From assembly GCA_025059375.1 (NCBI GenBank), contig JANXDO010000001.1, positions 224,097-288,096 on the forward strand: a stretch of DNA of 64,000 bases. The letters are read 5' to 3'. The translations under genes were made by a program, and so were the position numbers. The notes below the pieces were generated by a model. It was not told the origin of the DNA, did not search any database, and was given only the letters and a program-made list of their open reading frames with translations. Numbering within the stretch: the first letter of the stretch is position 1; each line of letters starts with the position of its first letter. The DNA is from Candidatus Nezhaarchaeota archaeon (GTDB lineage Archaea; Thermoproteota; Methanomethylicia; Nezhaarchaeales; WYZ-LMO8). Shown here piece by piece: positions 50,480 through 60,415 of the stretch.

Positions 50480-51772
50480 GTGTTAAAAATGATGTTGAAT
50501 AGCAGGATTGGTGCGGGTGTAGGTGTTTGGGTCGCCGTAATGATAGTAATTGCTGTAATCTCAGCATCAGGAGGTTACTATTCAGGTTATGATTCTGGCT
50601 ATAAGGAGGGCTATAGTAAGGGCTTCTCACAAGCACAACAAGAGATCCCGAAACCAATACTTCCAAGTAAGTTAAAGATGGGCGTGTTGCTTCCGCTATC
50701 AGGTGAACTGGGGGTTTTAGGTCGAGAAATACTTAATGGAATTCGATTAGCTATTGATCAAATTAACATTAGCGGTCTATCTGGGAGGAGTATCATATTG
50801 GTAGTTGGTGATACCAGATCAGATCCGACTATTGCGGTGTCTGAAGCTTGGCGATTAATGGTTAATGAAAGTGTGAAGGTTGTGATTGGAGGCTCCATGG
50901 ATCAATCGACCCTAATCAGCATCGCTAAAATGGCAAACCAGTATGGTACCGTCTTAATACTACTACCGTCTACTAGCCCAGAGATCAACAAGCCTGTTAA
51001 TGACCCTAAGAACCTAATTTTCAGGATAATCGGTGATGACGGTTTGCAGGGTGTAGCTATGGCGACCTTAGCTAGAAACCTTGGCTTTAAGACCGCAGTA
51101 GTTGTAGCCGTCGATGATGACTATGGGAGGTACCTTGCCAACAAAATCAATGAGTCTTTCCGCGCACAGGAAGGGACTGTCCTCAAATCAATTTACTATA
51201 GCCCTGCAGCAAAAGACTTTAATGCGACAGAAATTAAAGAGCTGAACCCCGACGTCGTGTTCCTTATAGGACACCCTGAATCAGCTTTAAGAGTAATCAG
51301 GGAAGCTAAGGCGGTAGGAGTCGCTTCATCGTGGATCGCGTGTAGAGAGATGTTTAATGAGACCTTAATTAGAGATCCTAAAGTAGCAGAGTACTTAGTT
51401 GGCACCTACGGTGTGAGGCTGTCGGTAAGTAATGCACTATATCAACAATTCAATCAAACTTACAAAGATAGGTTTGGTGTAGAGCCTGGATTAAACGCAT
51501 CATGTGCCTACGATGCTATAATGCTATCCGCACTAGCAGTAGCTTATGCTGGCGACTACAATGAGACAGCCATTAGGAACTCCTTGTTCACCATTAGTCG
51601 CTTCTTCATGGGCTTAACGGGACCAAAGTTCCTGAATGATCACGGTGATGTACTTCAAAACTACGATGTGTGGGAGATAGTCAGTGAAAATGGCTACTAC
51701 AAGTTCAAGATCGTGGCTACATGGACACCAAGTATCAATGGTGCTGGCACAATAACGTGGATATCAAGGTAG
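50480..51772 (+). CDS. ABC-transporter substrate-binding protein (LivJ/LivK-like periplasmic binding fold), membrane-anchored, orphan
   Basis: N-terminal TM anchor, then a Gly/Tyr/Ser-rich linker, then 'KMGVLLPLSGELGVLGREILNGIRLAIDQIN' type-I PBP motif. No permease or ATPase genes are adjacent. Confidence 0.6.
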   Translation: MLKMMLNSRIGAGVGVWVAVMIVIAVISASGGYYSGYDSGYKEGYSKGFSQAQQEIPKPILPSKLKMGVLLPLSGELGVLGREILNGIRLAIDQINISGLSGRSIILVVGDTRSDPTIAVSEAWRLMVNESVKVVIGGSMDQSTLISIAKMANQYGTVLILLPSTSPEINKPVNDPKNLIFRIIGDDGLQGVAMATLARNLGFKTAVVVAVDDDYGRYLANKINESFRAQEGTVLKSIYYSPAAKDFNATEIKELNPDVVFLIGHPESALRVIREAKAVGVASSWIACREMFNETLIRDPKVAEYLVGTYGVRLSVSNALYQQFNQTYKDRFGVEPGLNASCAYDAIMLSALAVAYAGDYNETAIRNSLFTISRFFMGLTGPKFLNDHGDVLQNYDVWEIVSENGYYKFKIVATWTPSINGAGTITWISR

Positions 51773-52084
51773 CTAACTACTTCGCCCAACATTCAAGCAA
51801 TCTTGAAATTGAAGAAGTCCAGCTTAACGAGTGTGGGATGATGAGTTTACATGAAGTTTCGTTGCTAAGTTTTGAGGCTATAGACAGCGGGAGGTCCCTG
51901 AAATGCTAGAGGAGCATAAGCACTATAGCGATTTAGATTGCAATTGTCAATTATTAACCAGCATCAACATAAACTAGCGCTAATTTCGAGCTTCCTCGCC
52001 TTCTCGGAAACTTATAAGTGCGTTACTTGTAACGTTAAGAGGTAACGAAGAGGCTCATGAACGTATCAGTCAAACTTAGCATGA

Positions 52085-52690
52085 GTGCTGGGAGGTACGT
52101 GTATGAGGATAAATAAAGTGATAAAGTACTTAATCCTCTTTGACTTTGCAACTTTAACTGGAGCTGGCCTCATAATCCCAATCTTCGCAATCTTCATAAC
52201 TAGCAACATCATAGGTGGTACAGCTGCTGTTGCTGGTTTTGCATCAACCATCTTTATGGCCTCCTTCTCCATAGCAAGGCTGTCCTCAGCGTATATAGTT
52301 GATAAAAGGTTAAGTGATAAGAAGAAGGTAGCATTCTCGATCTTCGGTACAGTTCTAATAGGCATCTCCTACATCCTGTACGTCTTAGCGAGGCTACCTT
52401 GGCACGTCTACCTCCTTCAAACCATGAACGGTATTGGAACCGGATTTCGCTATGCCCCCTTCATGAGTCTCTTCACGCGCCATATTGACAAAGGTCAGGA
52501 GTCTTTCGAGTGGGGTATGGCTGCAGTGTCGACAAGCATAGGTCAAGCATTAACCGGCGCAATTGGTGGAGTGCTGGTTGAATTGTATGGATTTAATCTG
52601 GTCTTCACGCTAGCTGGGGCATTCATAGTGTTGAGCTCCTTCATTCCACTTACAATTTATAGTAACATAAACTCTAGACCAGTACGCTGA
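52085..52690 (+). pseudogene. C-terminal half of an MFS transporter (6 TM); probable gene remnant
   Basis: About 6 hydrophobic helices, with 'DKRLSDKKKVAFSIFG' resembling the second-half MFS motif A. Only 312 nt of non-membrane-coding DNA lie upstream. Confidence 0.35.
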
Positions 52691-52833
52691 AACATCAATT
52701 CCTAAAGCTTAACGAACCCCGCTGTTTCTCTCATACGTGAGTCTAGCTCCGCTGAAAGCTCCTTCACACTAGAGGGCAGCCCTTAAGTTTTAAGGAGAAG
52801 CCTTTACTACGCCCTGCCTCACAACCCTATATA

Positions 52834-53520
52834 TTGAGATCGAGTAAGCTACGAGGATTAGGCATGAGGAAGCTAGTACTAATGGCGACATTGGCCATGC
52901 TGATCTTGACTTCAAGACCCCTAACACTCCATACATCAAGCTACTCTCATGAAGCATGTGGAGAAGTTATTGATGTCGTTGATGGGGATACCATTGACGT
53001 CAAGATCCTTAAGGTGCACAAGGAGAGGTTTAATAACTATCTAGGCAAGGTAGTCAGAGTGCGTCTTGCAGACATAAATGCACCAGAGCTTAGTACGCCA
53101 GAAGGCGAGAGAGCTAAGATTGCACTATCACTACTCCTCAAAGATCGTGGAAATCGCGTCCTACTAGACATCGACGACGTCTGCGTGGTGGACAGGTATA
53201 ATAGATTGATAGCACTCATCTACGTGAACCATAACGAGACACATGAGCTAAACATTAACATGTGGCTAGTAGCTAATAACCATGCCGAGATTAAGGACTT
53301 CCTCGATAATGAGTTCGATCCAGGCTCATGGACACTTTATGTAGAGTCAGCTCGAAGCTCAGCGCCCAAACTCGATGAGGTCGCTGACGAGAACTCATGG
53401 ATATGGGACACGATCTTTTACTTGGTTTTAGCAGTATTAGTATTATTAGTATTATTGACAAAGAGTCGTAAGCGGGTACGTAGTGGCTCTCACAATTGTG
53501 GTGCACTCGGGTATGCTTAA
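52834..53520 (+). CDS. Secreted/membrane-anchored thermonuclease (SNase-like)
   Basis: Signal-like N-terminus, 'VIDVVDGDTIDV' and 'RLADINAPE' SNase catalytic motifs, a C-terminal hydrophobic anchor 'LVLAVLVLLVLL' and a basic tail. Confidence 0.7.
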   Translation: MRSSKLRGLGMRKLVLMATLAMLILTSRPLTLHTSSYSHEACGEVIDVVDGDTIDVKILKVHKERFNNYLGKVVRVRLADINAPELSTPEGERAKIALSLLLKDRGNRVLLDIDDVCVVDRYNRLIALIYVNHNETHELNINMWLVANNHAEIKDFLDNEFDPGSWTLYVESARSSAPKLDEVADENSWIWDTIFYLVLAVLVLLVLLTKSRKRVRSGSHNCGALGYA

Positions 53521-53998
53521 TTTAGAGCATGGAATAATGGTGTGGATTTGAGGATGGCGAAGTAATGGCAAGGTTGCCGATGACCTCGACGAAGCCGTCG
53601 ATAGCGACTTAATGAGGCTTTAGGTTAATTCTAAATCTACTTCTTAACGGATTAAAGAGAGCTGAAAGTGGACGTGAAATATCAGAGAGGAGGCTTGGCT
53701 TATGCATAGCATCGTTAAGGGGTTGTGGGTGCATGGGTAACAGCACATCTCAAGCATCGTGAAACGAAGGATTATAGCCAACCAACAGCATGACCGTTAG
53801 TGTGCATTACCTCGTCAGTAAGCATCTAGACTGCCTAAATTAAAGGTCAGGGGACTCTATGAGTGTAAGATCATCAGCATATACAGGGTTTACAGGAAAC
53901 TAGATCGTATAGCTCCACCGTCCACTTAAGGTCCCTTTAAGCAGTCAGCTCAGTGGCGATGGATTACATTAGTGGACCACTCAATAATGTTAACGTGC

Positions 53999-54802
53999 CT
54001 ATGATGAAGTGAAGTAACGGAATGCCTCTTTTAGAGTTGATACCTCAATTATATCTATGTTGTAGCCCATAGAGCTAAGGTAATCCTCAACGCTAACCAC
54101 TTGAGGCCTATAGTACCTAAAGGTGAAGGGTCCTACCCTTCGCTCACTGATCACGTATATGGTGTCTACGCTTTGACCTAAAGGTACAAGGAATATCTTT
54201 GCCCCGGCTCTAGCTGCAGCCTCAGCCTTATATAGAATTCCACCCACTTTTCCTATAACTCCATTCTCACTTATCGTGCCAGTTATTACAACATCACTTC
54301 TTATCGGCATGTTAAGGAGAAGGGATGAAACGAGAACGGCTACAGCAGCTCCAGCAGATGGACCATCAACCACGTAGACGCTCTCATTACCTATTATCGT
54401 AAGCATCAAGTCTAGGTCGGACGCATCAATATTCGTGAACTTCTGAGCAGCTTTAAAGGCAACCTCAGCAGCCTCTTGAAGTTCTATACCAATCTTAGGT
54501 GTTGTTGAAATGTAGACCCTACCACCACCCTCTATCAAGGCACCCTCAAGCTTCATAGCAAGCCCCCTATACTCTTCCCCACCAACGACGCCAACTATGT
54601 ATATTGAAGCTACGCCGTGCAGGTACATTGGGCCATGTCTATCACCAGCATCAGTTGGTGTACCCTCGATGTGCCGTTGATCCTCGTAGAGCAAGATGTA
54701 AGATAAAATGCCATTAAACGCTAGGCTAATAATCAATAAACATAAGAGCACGTAAATCTTAGCGGAGCCACTCTTACTCTTCAAGACCTTGGGGATGGCC
54801 AC
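53999..54802 (-). CDS. Membrane-anchored Lon-like S16 peptidase domain protein lacking an ATPase module
   Basis: N-terminal TM helix, 'VDGPSAGAAVAVLVSS' (S16 catalytic Ser) and a downstream Lys in 'GAKIFLVP'. Only 267 aa. Confidence 0.55.
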   Translation of the reverse strand: MAIPKVLKSKSGSAKIYVLLCLLIISLAFNGILSYILLYEDQRHIEGTPTDAGDRHGPMYLHGVASIYIVGVVGGEEYRGLAMKLEGALIEGGGRVYISTTPKIGIELQEAAEVAFKAAQKFTNIDASDLDLMLTIIGNESVYVVDGPSAGAAVAVLVSSLLLNMPIRSDVVITGTISENGVIGKVGGILYKAEAAARAGAKIFLVPLGQSVDTIYVISERRVGPFTFRYYRPQVVSVEDYLSSMGYNIDIIEVSTLKEAFRYFTSS

Positions 54803-54892
54803 ATGAGAGCCCCGAAGCAGAGAGTGAAGAGAGGCATTATAAACCTCGCTCTCTTAAGAAGTATGAAGCTGGGGAGCTGAACCACTAATAAT

Positions 54893-56239
54893 TCACGTGA
54901 AAGCTATGAAGATTAGATAGTGTATAGCTTCACCAACCAGTATAGCCACCACGGTGTATGGAGCCCCGATCTTTGAGAACTCGATGAAGGAAACTTTGTG
55001 ACCTCTCTTCTCAAGTATCCCCACCGCTACGGCGTTGGCTGACGCACCAATGTAAGTGCAGTTGCCCCCAAGGCTTCCACCCATGAGTAGGGCCCACATG
55101 AGGGTGTAGACGTTCATGCCTGAGATCTCGGCCAACCTCATCACGGTTGGTATCATCATTGCAAAGTATGGGATGTTATCTATGAAGGCTGATAGGAGGA
55201 CGGAGAGCCATATTAGCAACGTTGAGGCGATGAGGGCGTCAGCTTTGCATAGCTCATACACCTCAAGCGTCAAGATGGTGAGGAAACTAGTTTCCACAAG
55301 TCCACCTGTCAAGATGAACACCGATGAGATGAATATTAGCGTCTTCCAGCTCACACCCTTCAAGAGGGGATCGAGAGACTTATCACATGGAGCACGAATT
55401 GTTAAAAGTAGTAGACCTCCAAGCAGTGGTGGCATCCAGAGAGGGATGTTATACACGTTCCTTACGCTTAAGAGGACAACGACGCACAAGAAAACAGTCA
55501 TGGCTGTCAAGAACAACCCCCTATCGCTCATTCGATACTCGTTTAAGTCTAGGCGTGCGCTCATAGACGCTCTCGACCCATCTATGTAGCGCTTAGCTGT
55601 AACTCCCAACGTTAATGCCGCTATGGGACAGGCGGCCATTATTATGAAGAAGATGCTAGGCTTTCCCTGAAATAGTATGAAGTCTGTGAAGCTCAAGTCG
55701 AGTGCTGATGCCACCATCATGCTTGGAGGGTCTCCTACCATTAATGCAGCACCTACGAGGTTTGCACCCAAAGCAACACCTATAACGTAGGGGACTATAC
55801 TTACGCCTAAGGATTCTGCAATACCTATTGCTACGGGTGCGAGTAGGAGGGTTGTTGATACATTATCTAGGACGAGCGAGATTAGAGAGCCGAGGTAGGC
55901 AAGAGCAATTAATGAGTTCATAGGGCTGCGCCCAAAGACCCTTAAAAATCGTGAAGCTATCCATCTTGCAAAACCAGACTTCTCCAAGTAGTAAGTTATG
56001 ATCGCCATCCCTATCAGGAGGCCCAGCACATCAACATCAACGTATTCGGAGACCTTATGTAGCGGCACTATGCCCAGGGCAAGCAGTATTAACGAAGCTG
56101 CAAGGCCTATGTAAGCCCTATGAATCCTACCCCAAGCTATCAAAGCAATCGATGCTACGAACACTACAATAGCTATGACCATGCCGTTAGACTCTACGAG
56201 CAAAGTCACCCCCTCATCAATCCCACATGGATCTCTCAT
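54893..56239 (-). CDS. ArsB/NhaD/CitMHS-superfamily ion transporter permease
   Basis: ~11-12 TM helices with internal repeat symmetry and Gly-rich 'GGSLGGNCTYIGASANAVAV' re-entrant-loop-like segments. Confidence 0.5.
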   Translation of the reverse strand: MRDPCGIDEGVTLLVESNGMVIAIVVFVASIALIAWGRIHRAYIGLAASLILLALGIVPLHKVSEYVDVDVLGLLIGMAIITYYLEKSGFARWIASRFLRVFGRSPMNSLIALAYLGSLISLVLDNVSTTLLLAPVAIGIAESLGVSIVPYVIGVALGANLVGAALMVGDPPSMMVASALDLSFTDFILFQGKPSIFFIIMAACPIAALTLGVTAKRYIDGSRASMSARLDLNEYRMSDRGLFLTAMTVFLCVVVLLSVRNVYNIPLWMPPLLGGLLLLTIRAPCDKSLDPLLKGVSWKTLIFISSVFILTGGLVETSFLTILTLEVYELCKADALIASTLLIWLSVLLSAFIDNIPYFAMMIPTVMRLAEISGMNVYTLMWALLMGGSLGGNCTYIGASANAVAVGILEKRGHKVSFIEFSKIGAPYTVVAILVGEAIHYLIFIAFT

Positions 56240-56489
56240 TCGATATTAACGTGCAGAGAATCTTTACTACTTGTATAAAGCGTAGACAGTATAATTCTAA
56301 CCTATGGGTTACAGTGATTACAGCTGATAAGGCATTACATGAACATCCGCACGGCCCCGGGTTTTAGTCAAATCAGTGAGATGTACTTGATGGACTTGGC
56401 TGTCCCCATAAGACCAAACTTAAATTCTAAATTGACTTAGAAGATTAAGCAATAAAGATTGGTGAGACACTATGAGCATCCTTCACTGA

Positions 56490-57272
56490 TCAACTCTCCT
56501 CAATTATTGCAACAGCTCTACACCATGCAGCAGATGCCTTAGTTATTTTAACTGGAAAGCATGCCACTTTAAATCCGTGTGGCACTGGGACCTTATCTAG
56601 GTTGGCCAGCTTTTCAATGTGACAGTACTCCCTCTTTATACCCGCGAAGTGTGCGGGCCATATTACCCTACCATCCCCCACCCTCTTGTACTCCTCAGCC
56701 ATGTACTTGAATGGTCTATCAAGGGTGTAGGCATCGATACCAATGATCTTGACGCCCTGGTCAACTAGCCACAATATTGATTCATGTGATAAGCCAGGCT
56801 GCTCAAAGTACTCAGGTGTCCCAGCATATCTGTCGCGACCCGTCATGATTAGGACAATATCGTAGGGCTTTATCGTGTAATTGATCTTCCTTAGAGCCCC
56901 TTTTAAATCGTCAACGGTGATGTAGTCCCCCGGCTTCTTATGCCTAAAGTCTAGTATAACCCCATCAGAGAAGCACCACTCAAGCGGTATTTCATCAACT
57001 GTCTTAGCTAGTCTACCCTCTGAAATTGGGTGATAATGCCATGGAGCATCTAAATGAGTTCCGGTATGGGTGATGGCTGTTATCTCCTCAATCGACCAGC
57101 CTAACCCTCCAGAGTACACTAGATCGCTTGGCTTTATGCCGAAGAACATCAACATATCAACAGCACCCTCCCTATGGTCAACATATCTTATCCTAGGTCT
57201 ATAAGGCTCTGGATCAAGTGGTGAATTGTGTTCTAACGGCAAACTTAAATCGATTATTCTCACCTTACCCAT
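56490..57272 (-). CDS. Cyclase-family protein (kynurenine-formamidase-like metal hydrolase)
   Basis: 'HTGTHLDAPWHY' (HxGTHxDAPxH) cyclase motif and an N-terminal 'VRIIDLS'. Confidence 0.65.
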   Translation of the reverse strand: MGKVRIIDLSLPLEHNSPLDPEPYRPRIRYVDHREGAVDMLMFFGIKPSDLVYSGGLGWSIEEITAITHTGTHLDAPWHYHPISEGRLAKTVDEIPLEWCFSDGVILDFRHKKPGDYITVDDLKGALRKINYTIKPYDIVLIMTGRDRYAGTPEYFEQPGLSHESILWLVDQGVKIIGIDAYTLDRPFKYMAEEYKRVGDGRVIWPAHFAGIKREYCHIEKLANLDKVPVPHGFKVACFPVKITKASAAWCRAVAIIEES

Positions 57273-57440
57273 AATCCACCCCTGCACTACTTCAACTTCA
57301 AATGTAGTAAAAAACTAGCGAAAACAGCCATTCAACTCTCTAAACTCAACATAAACCTTCACTGCCTACTCTCTCACCGACCATCAGCTAGGTGTCCATG
57401 AGCTCTTACTACGATTTCTAGGGGACTTAAGTTTCTTGGA

Positions 57441-57460
57441 AAGGCTTTTTAATTATACCG
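57441..57460 (+). promoter_or_regulatory. Candidate BRE/TATA promoter for a leaderless dsrE-tusA-iscS-iscU transcript
   Basis: 'AAAGGC TTTTTAATTATA' centred ~25 nt upstream of the ATG at 57477. Confidence 0.2.
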
Positions 57461-57476
57461 CTTAAAATGTCTATCG

Positions 57477-57890
57477 ATGGGTATGCCGAAGATATCGATA
57501 ATAGTGTCATCGGAGAAGTTGGACAAGCTCTTCCCGGCCGTTACCTTAGCGACTACAGCAGCAGTTATGGGTTGGGAGGCAGAGCTATTCTTCACATTCT
57601 GGGGTCTCTTAGCCCTAAAGAAGGGTTATGAACCTAAGGAGGTCAGCTTGGACTACAAGAGTTATGAGGGTGAGTTAAGGAGGGCTCTTAGTAGTGGAGC
57701 TATTCCAAATTGGCGCGATCTACTGAGGGAGGGTAAAAAGACTGGAAAATTGAAAGTTTATGCTTGCTCTGCGACAATGAGCCTTCTAGGCTTAAAAGCT
57801 GAGGACTTGGAAGACTACGTTGACGAGGTTGTTGGAGCTGTAACCTTCCTAAGTAGAGCAAAAGACTCGGAGATAAACCTATTCATATAG
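57477..57890 (+). CDS. DsrE/DsrF-like family sulfur-carrier protein (DsrE3-like)
   Basis: 137-aa alpha/beta protein with 'KISIIVSS...' and a single conserved-looking Cys in 'VYACSATM'. It is adjacent to TusA. Confidence 0.45.
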   Translation: MGMPKISIIVSSEKLDKLFPAVTLATTAAVMGWEAELFFTFWGLLALKKGYEPKEVSLDYKSYEGELRRALSSGAIPNWRDLLREGKKTGKLKVYACSATMSLLGLKAEDLEDYVDEVVGAVTFLSRAKDSEINLFI

Positions 57891-57894
57891 CAGC

Positions 57895-58131
57895 TTGGTG
57901 GGGACCTTGAAGGTTGACTTGGTAGTTGATGCTAGATATAGATCTTGTCCAGGTCCACTCCTAGCTTTAGCGGAAGCCATTGCGAAGGCTAATCCAGGTC
58001 AAGTGATAATGCTCTTAGCAACTGATCCCGCAGCCCCCCGCGACGTTAAAGAGTGGGCTTCGAGTACGAACCACAAGGTTCTACAAGTTGAGAAGGTTGA
58101 TGGGGAGTATAGGATATACGTGGAGGTTTAA
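57895..58131 (+). CDS. TusA-like sulfurtransferase
   Basis: 'DARYRSCPGPLLALAEAI' CPxP motif. 78 aa. Confidence 0.65.
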   Translation: MVGTLKVDLVVDARYRSCPGPLLALAEAIAKANPGQVIMLLATDPAAPRDVKEWASSTNHKVLQVEKVDGEYRIYVEV

Positions 58132-59375
58132 TGTTGGCGTACAGTGACTTACTGCGGTCCATAAGTGAGCTCATAGACTCCCACGGTAAACCAAAGAGAG
58201 AAGTCTACTTAGACAACGAGAATTCTGGGCTAATAGTTTCAGAAGCCTTGAAGGCAATGGAGGACGCCTACTTACGTTGTGGTAGAGGCCATCCATCCAT
58301 AACTCACTTAATGGGCTGGATGAGCTATCAATCCCTCTACGAGGCGACCGTGAAGATCGCATCAGCAATCAACTGCAACCCTGAGGAAATTGTCTACACT
58401 CACAGTGGAACGGAAGCGAACAACTTAGCTATAACTGGCTCAGCTATTGCATCGCATGGTAGGAGGAAGATCCTCATTTCCAGCATAGAGCATTTAAGTG
58501 TTGTGTTTCCAGCTGAAAGCCTGGAGAGGCATGGATTTAAGGTCTTGAAGATACCAGTCAATGAAGAGGGATTCGTAAACTTAGAGTTCCTATCTAATAA
58601 CTTAGATAGGGATACCCTAATTGTGAGCATAGCAACAATAAACCACGAGATAGGGACTATCCAAGACATTAAGGCTATACGCGACATAGTTAAGGATAGG
58701 GATGAAGGGATACTACTTCACACGGATGCTTGCGATGCTCTTGGAAGAGTATCACTGGACTTGAAGAAGCTTGGTGTTGATCTAGCCTCCTTCAGTAGCC
58801 ACAAGGTGTATGGTCCCAAGGGTGTTGGAGCCCTCTATGTTAAGGAGGGTGTTAAGCTTGAACCAGTAATTCGTGGACAACTCAGCACTCAGAAACTTTG
58901 GCCTGGAGTTGAGAATGTACCCGGCATAATAGGCTTCTCTAAGGCTGTTGAGTTCATGCACACTAACTTCAGGGAAAATGTAGCGAAAATGAGTGAGCTT
59001 AGGGATAAACTGATAAATGGCATCTTAAGTAACATCGACTTCACTGTTCTAAATGGTCCTTATGGTGACAAGAGAGCTCCAGACAACGTTAACATTAGCT
59101 TCCTATACTGTGAGGGGGAAGCTTTAACTGTCGAGTTGAGTTTAAACGGGATTTACGTTTCTAGTGGAAGTGCATGTACAAGTCGAGTCTTAGAGCCAAG
59201 CCACGTTCTATTAGCCATTGGGAGAAAGTATGAGGAGGCTCACGGGAGCTTACTTATGAAGGTAACACCCTTCCACGCGATGTCCGACATAGACTACGTG
59301 CTAGAAGTGCTGCCAAGTGTAGTAAAGAGGATTAGATCCATAAGCCCTCTAAAACCTAAGAGAGAGGTGAAGTGA
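58131..59375 (+). CDS. iscS: Cysteine desulfurase (IscS/NifS family, PLP-dependent)
   Basis: PLP-lysine 'SFSSHKVYGPKGVGALYV' and active-site loop 'SSGSACTS'. Confidence 0.8.
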   Translation: MLAYSDLLRSISELIDSHGKPKREVYLDNENSGLIVSEALKAMEDAYLRCGRGHPSITHLMGWMSYQSLYEATVKIASAINCNPEEIVYTHSGTEANNLAITGSAIASHGRRKILISSIEHLSVVFPAESLERHGFKVLKIPVNEEGFVNLEFLSNNLDRDTLIVSIATINHEIGTIQDIKAIRDIVKDRDEGILLHTDACDALGRVSLDLKKLGVDLASFSSHKVYGPKGVGALYVKEGVKLEPVIRGQLSTQKLWPGVENVPGIIGFSKAVEFMHTNFRENVAKMSELRDKLINGILSNIDFTVLNGPYGDKRAPDNVNISFLYCEGEALTVELSLNGIYVSSGSACTSRVLEPSHVLLAIGRKYEEAHGSLLMKVTPFHAMSDIDYVLEVLPSVVKRIRSISPLKPKREVK

Positions 59376-59388
59376 AACGTCCAGTAGA

Positions 59389-59883
59389 GTGCCCTTAACT
59401 TACGGCAAGAAGGTCCTCGAGCTCTTTAGGAACCCTAAGAATCTTGGTAAGATGGAGGATGCAAATGCCGAGGCTATTGCTGGTAGCTTAGCATGTGGTG
59501 ACATGATAGCCATATACTTGAAGGTAGATGACTCAAATGAGAGGATAATTGACGCTAAATTTGAGAGTTATGGTTGCGCAGCAAACATAGCCGCAGCTAG
59601 CATGCTGACAGAGATGGTTAAAGGGAAGAGCCTACAGGATGCATGGAAGTTTTCTTGGAGGGAGATATCTGACGCGCTTGGTGGTCTACCATCAGTCAAG
59701 TATCACTGCGGCATATTAGCTGTTGGAGCACTTAGAAGAGCTATAAGAGCCTACTATAAGGACAAGCCAAAGCCAAGCTGGCTTCCTGAGGAGCTTACAA
59801 GGGAAGAGAAGCAAGCGTTAGAGGAAGAAAAGCTTATGGAGGTTCTCTCTAAGAGAGCTCAGAAGCTCTCATCTCAAGAGTAA
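59389..59883 (+). CDS. iscU: IscU/NifU-like Fe-S cluster scaffold
   Basis: 'GSLACGDMIAIYL', 'YGCAANIAAASM' and 'HCGILAVGAL' give the three conserved Cys motifs. Confidence 0.75.
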   Translation: MPLTYGKKVLELFRNPKNLGKMEDANAEAIAGSLACGDMIAIYLKVDDSNERIIDAKFESYGCAANIAAASMLTEMVKGKSLQDAWKFSWREISDALGGLPSVKYHCGILAVGALRRAIRAYYKDKPKPSWLPEELTREEKQALEEEKLMEVLSKRAQKLSSQE

Positions 59884-59924
59884 GAAGCTATTGGAGATGT
59901 AAAGTTGTCCGGAGCCCTCAATAA

Positions 59925-59934
59925 CCCCTTTTTT
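59925..59934 (+). terminator. Oligo-T archaeal terminator candidate after iscU
   Basis: 'CCCCTTTTTT' lies 40 nt after the iscU stop. Confidence 0.25.
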
Positions 59935-60415
59935 AGCTTGTAGTTGAAGATTAGGTGTCTTGAGTTACCAATTTAATGAAAGGATGGAGGCTCAATAAGC
60001 TTCCTCAATTCGCTTGAGGGAATCAATAAGAATAGGGAGAGGCTCGTGGCTGTCCTAGACAATGTCTAAGCTGCTAGCTTCTCGCTTCAGCAAGGTCTCT
60101 AGTTACTTTTTCTTTGCTACCTCCGAGTCAGCCTTCATTTTACGTTTCTAGTTAGCACGAGAGAATTATCAAACAATGAATGTAAATGTAGTCGCGTGCG
60201 AGTGCTTGATGGCTAAGTTATGCGGTTAAGCACTAAATAGATCTTACACCTTAAAGATCTAAAGATGCTTCCTCTGCAAGTGTATGGTTAGCTTGAGCTA
60301 AAGTTTATACTAGAACACAAAGAGGATAACATCATTAACTCTTAATAATATGGTCGGCATTATGACGTATACACTTGTGGGGTCCGTTTAACTTGCTGAG
60401 TGAGGTTGGTTCTTC

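Noticed and set aside
51721-51909. 62-aa ORF upstream of the half-MFS gene
   Set aside because: It is not hydrophobic, so it is not the missing MFS N-terminal half, and it has no start-site context or motif. Probably non-coding.
53430-53465. Short tandem 'GTATTA/TTATTA' nucleotide repeat
   Set aside because: It encodes the hydrophobic C-terminal anchor (LVLAVLVLLVLL) of the thermonuclease. It is a coding consequence, not a repeat element.
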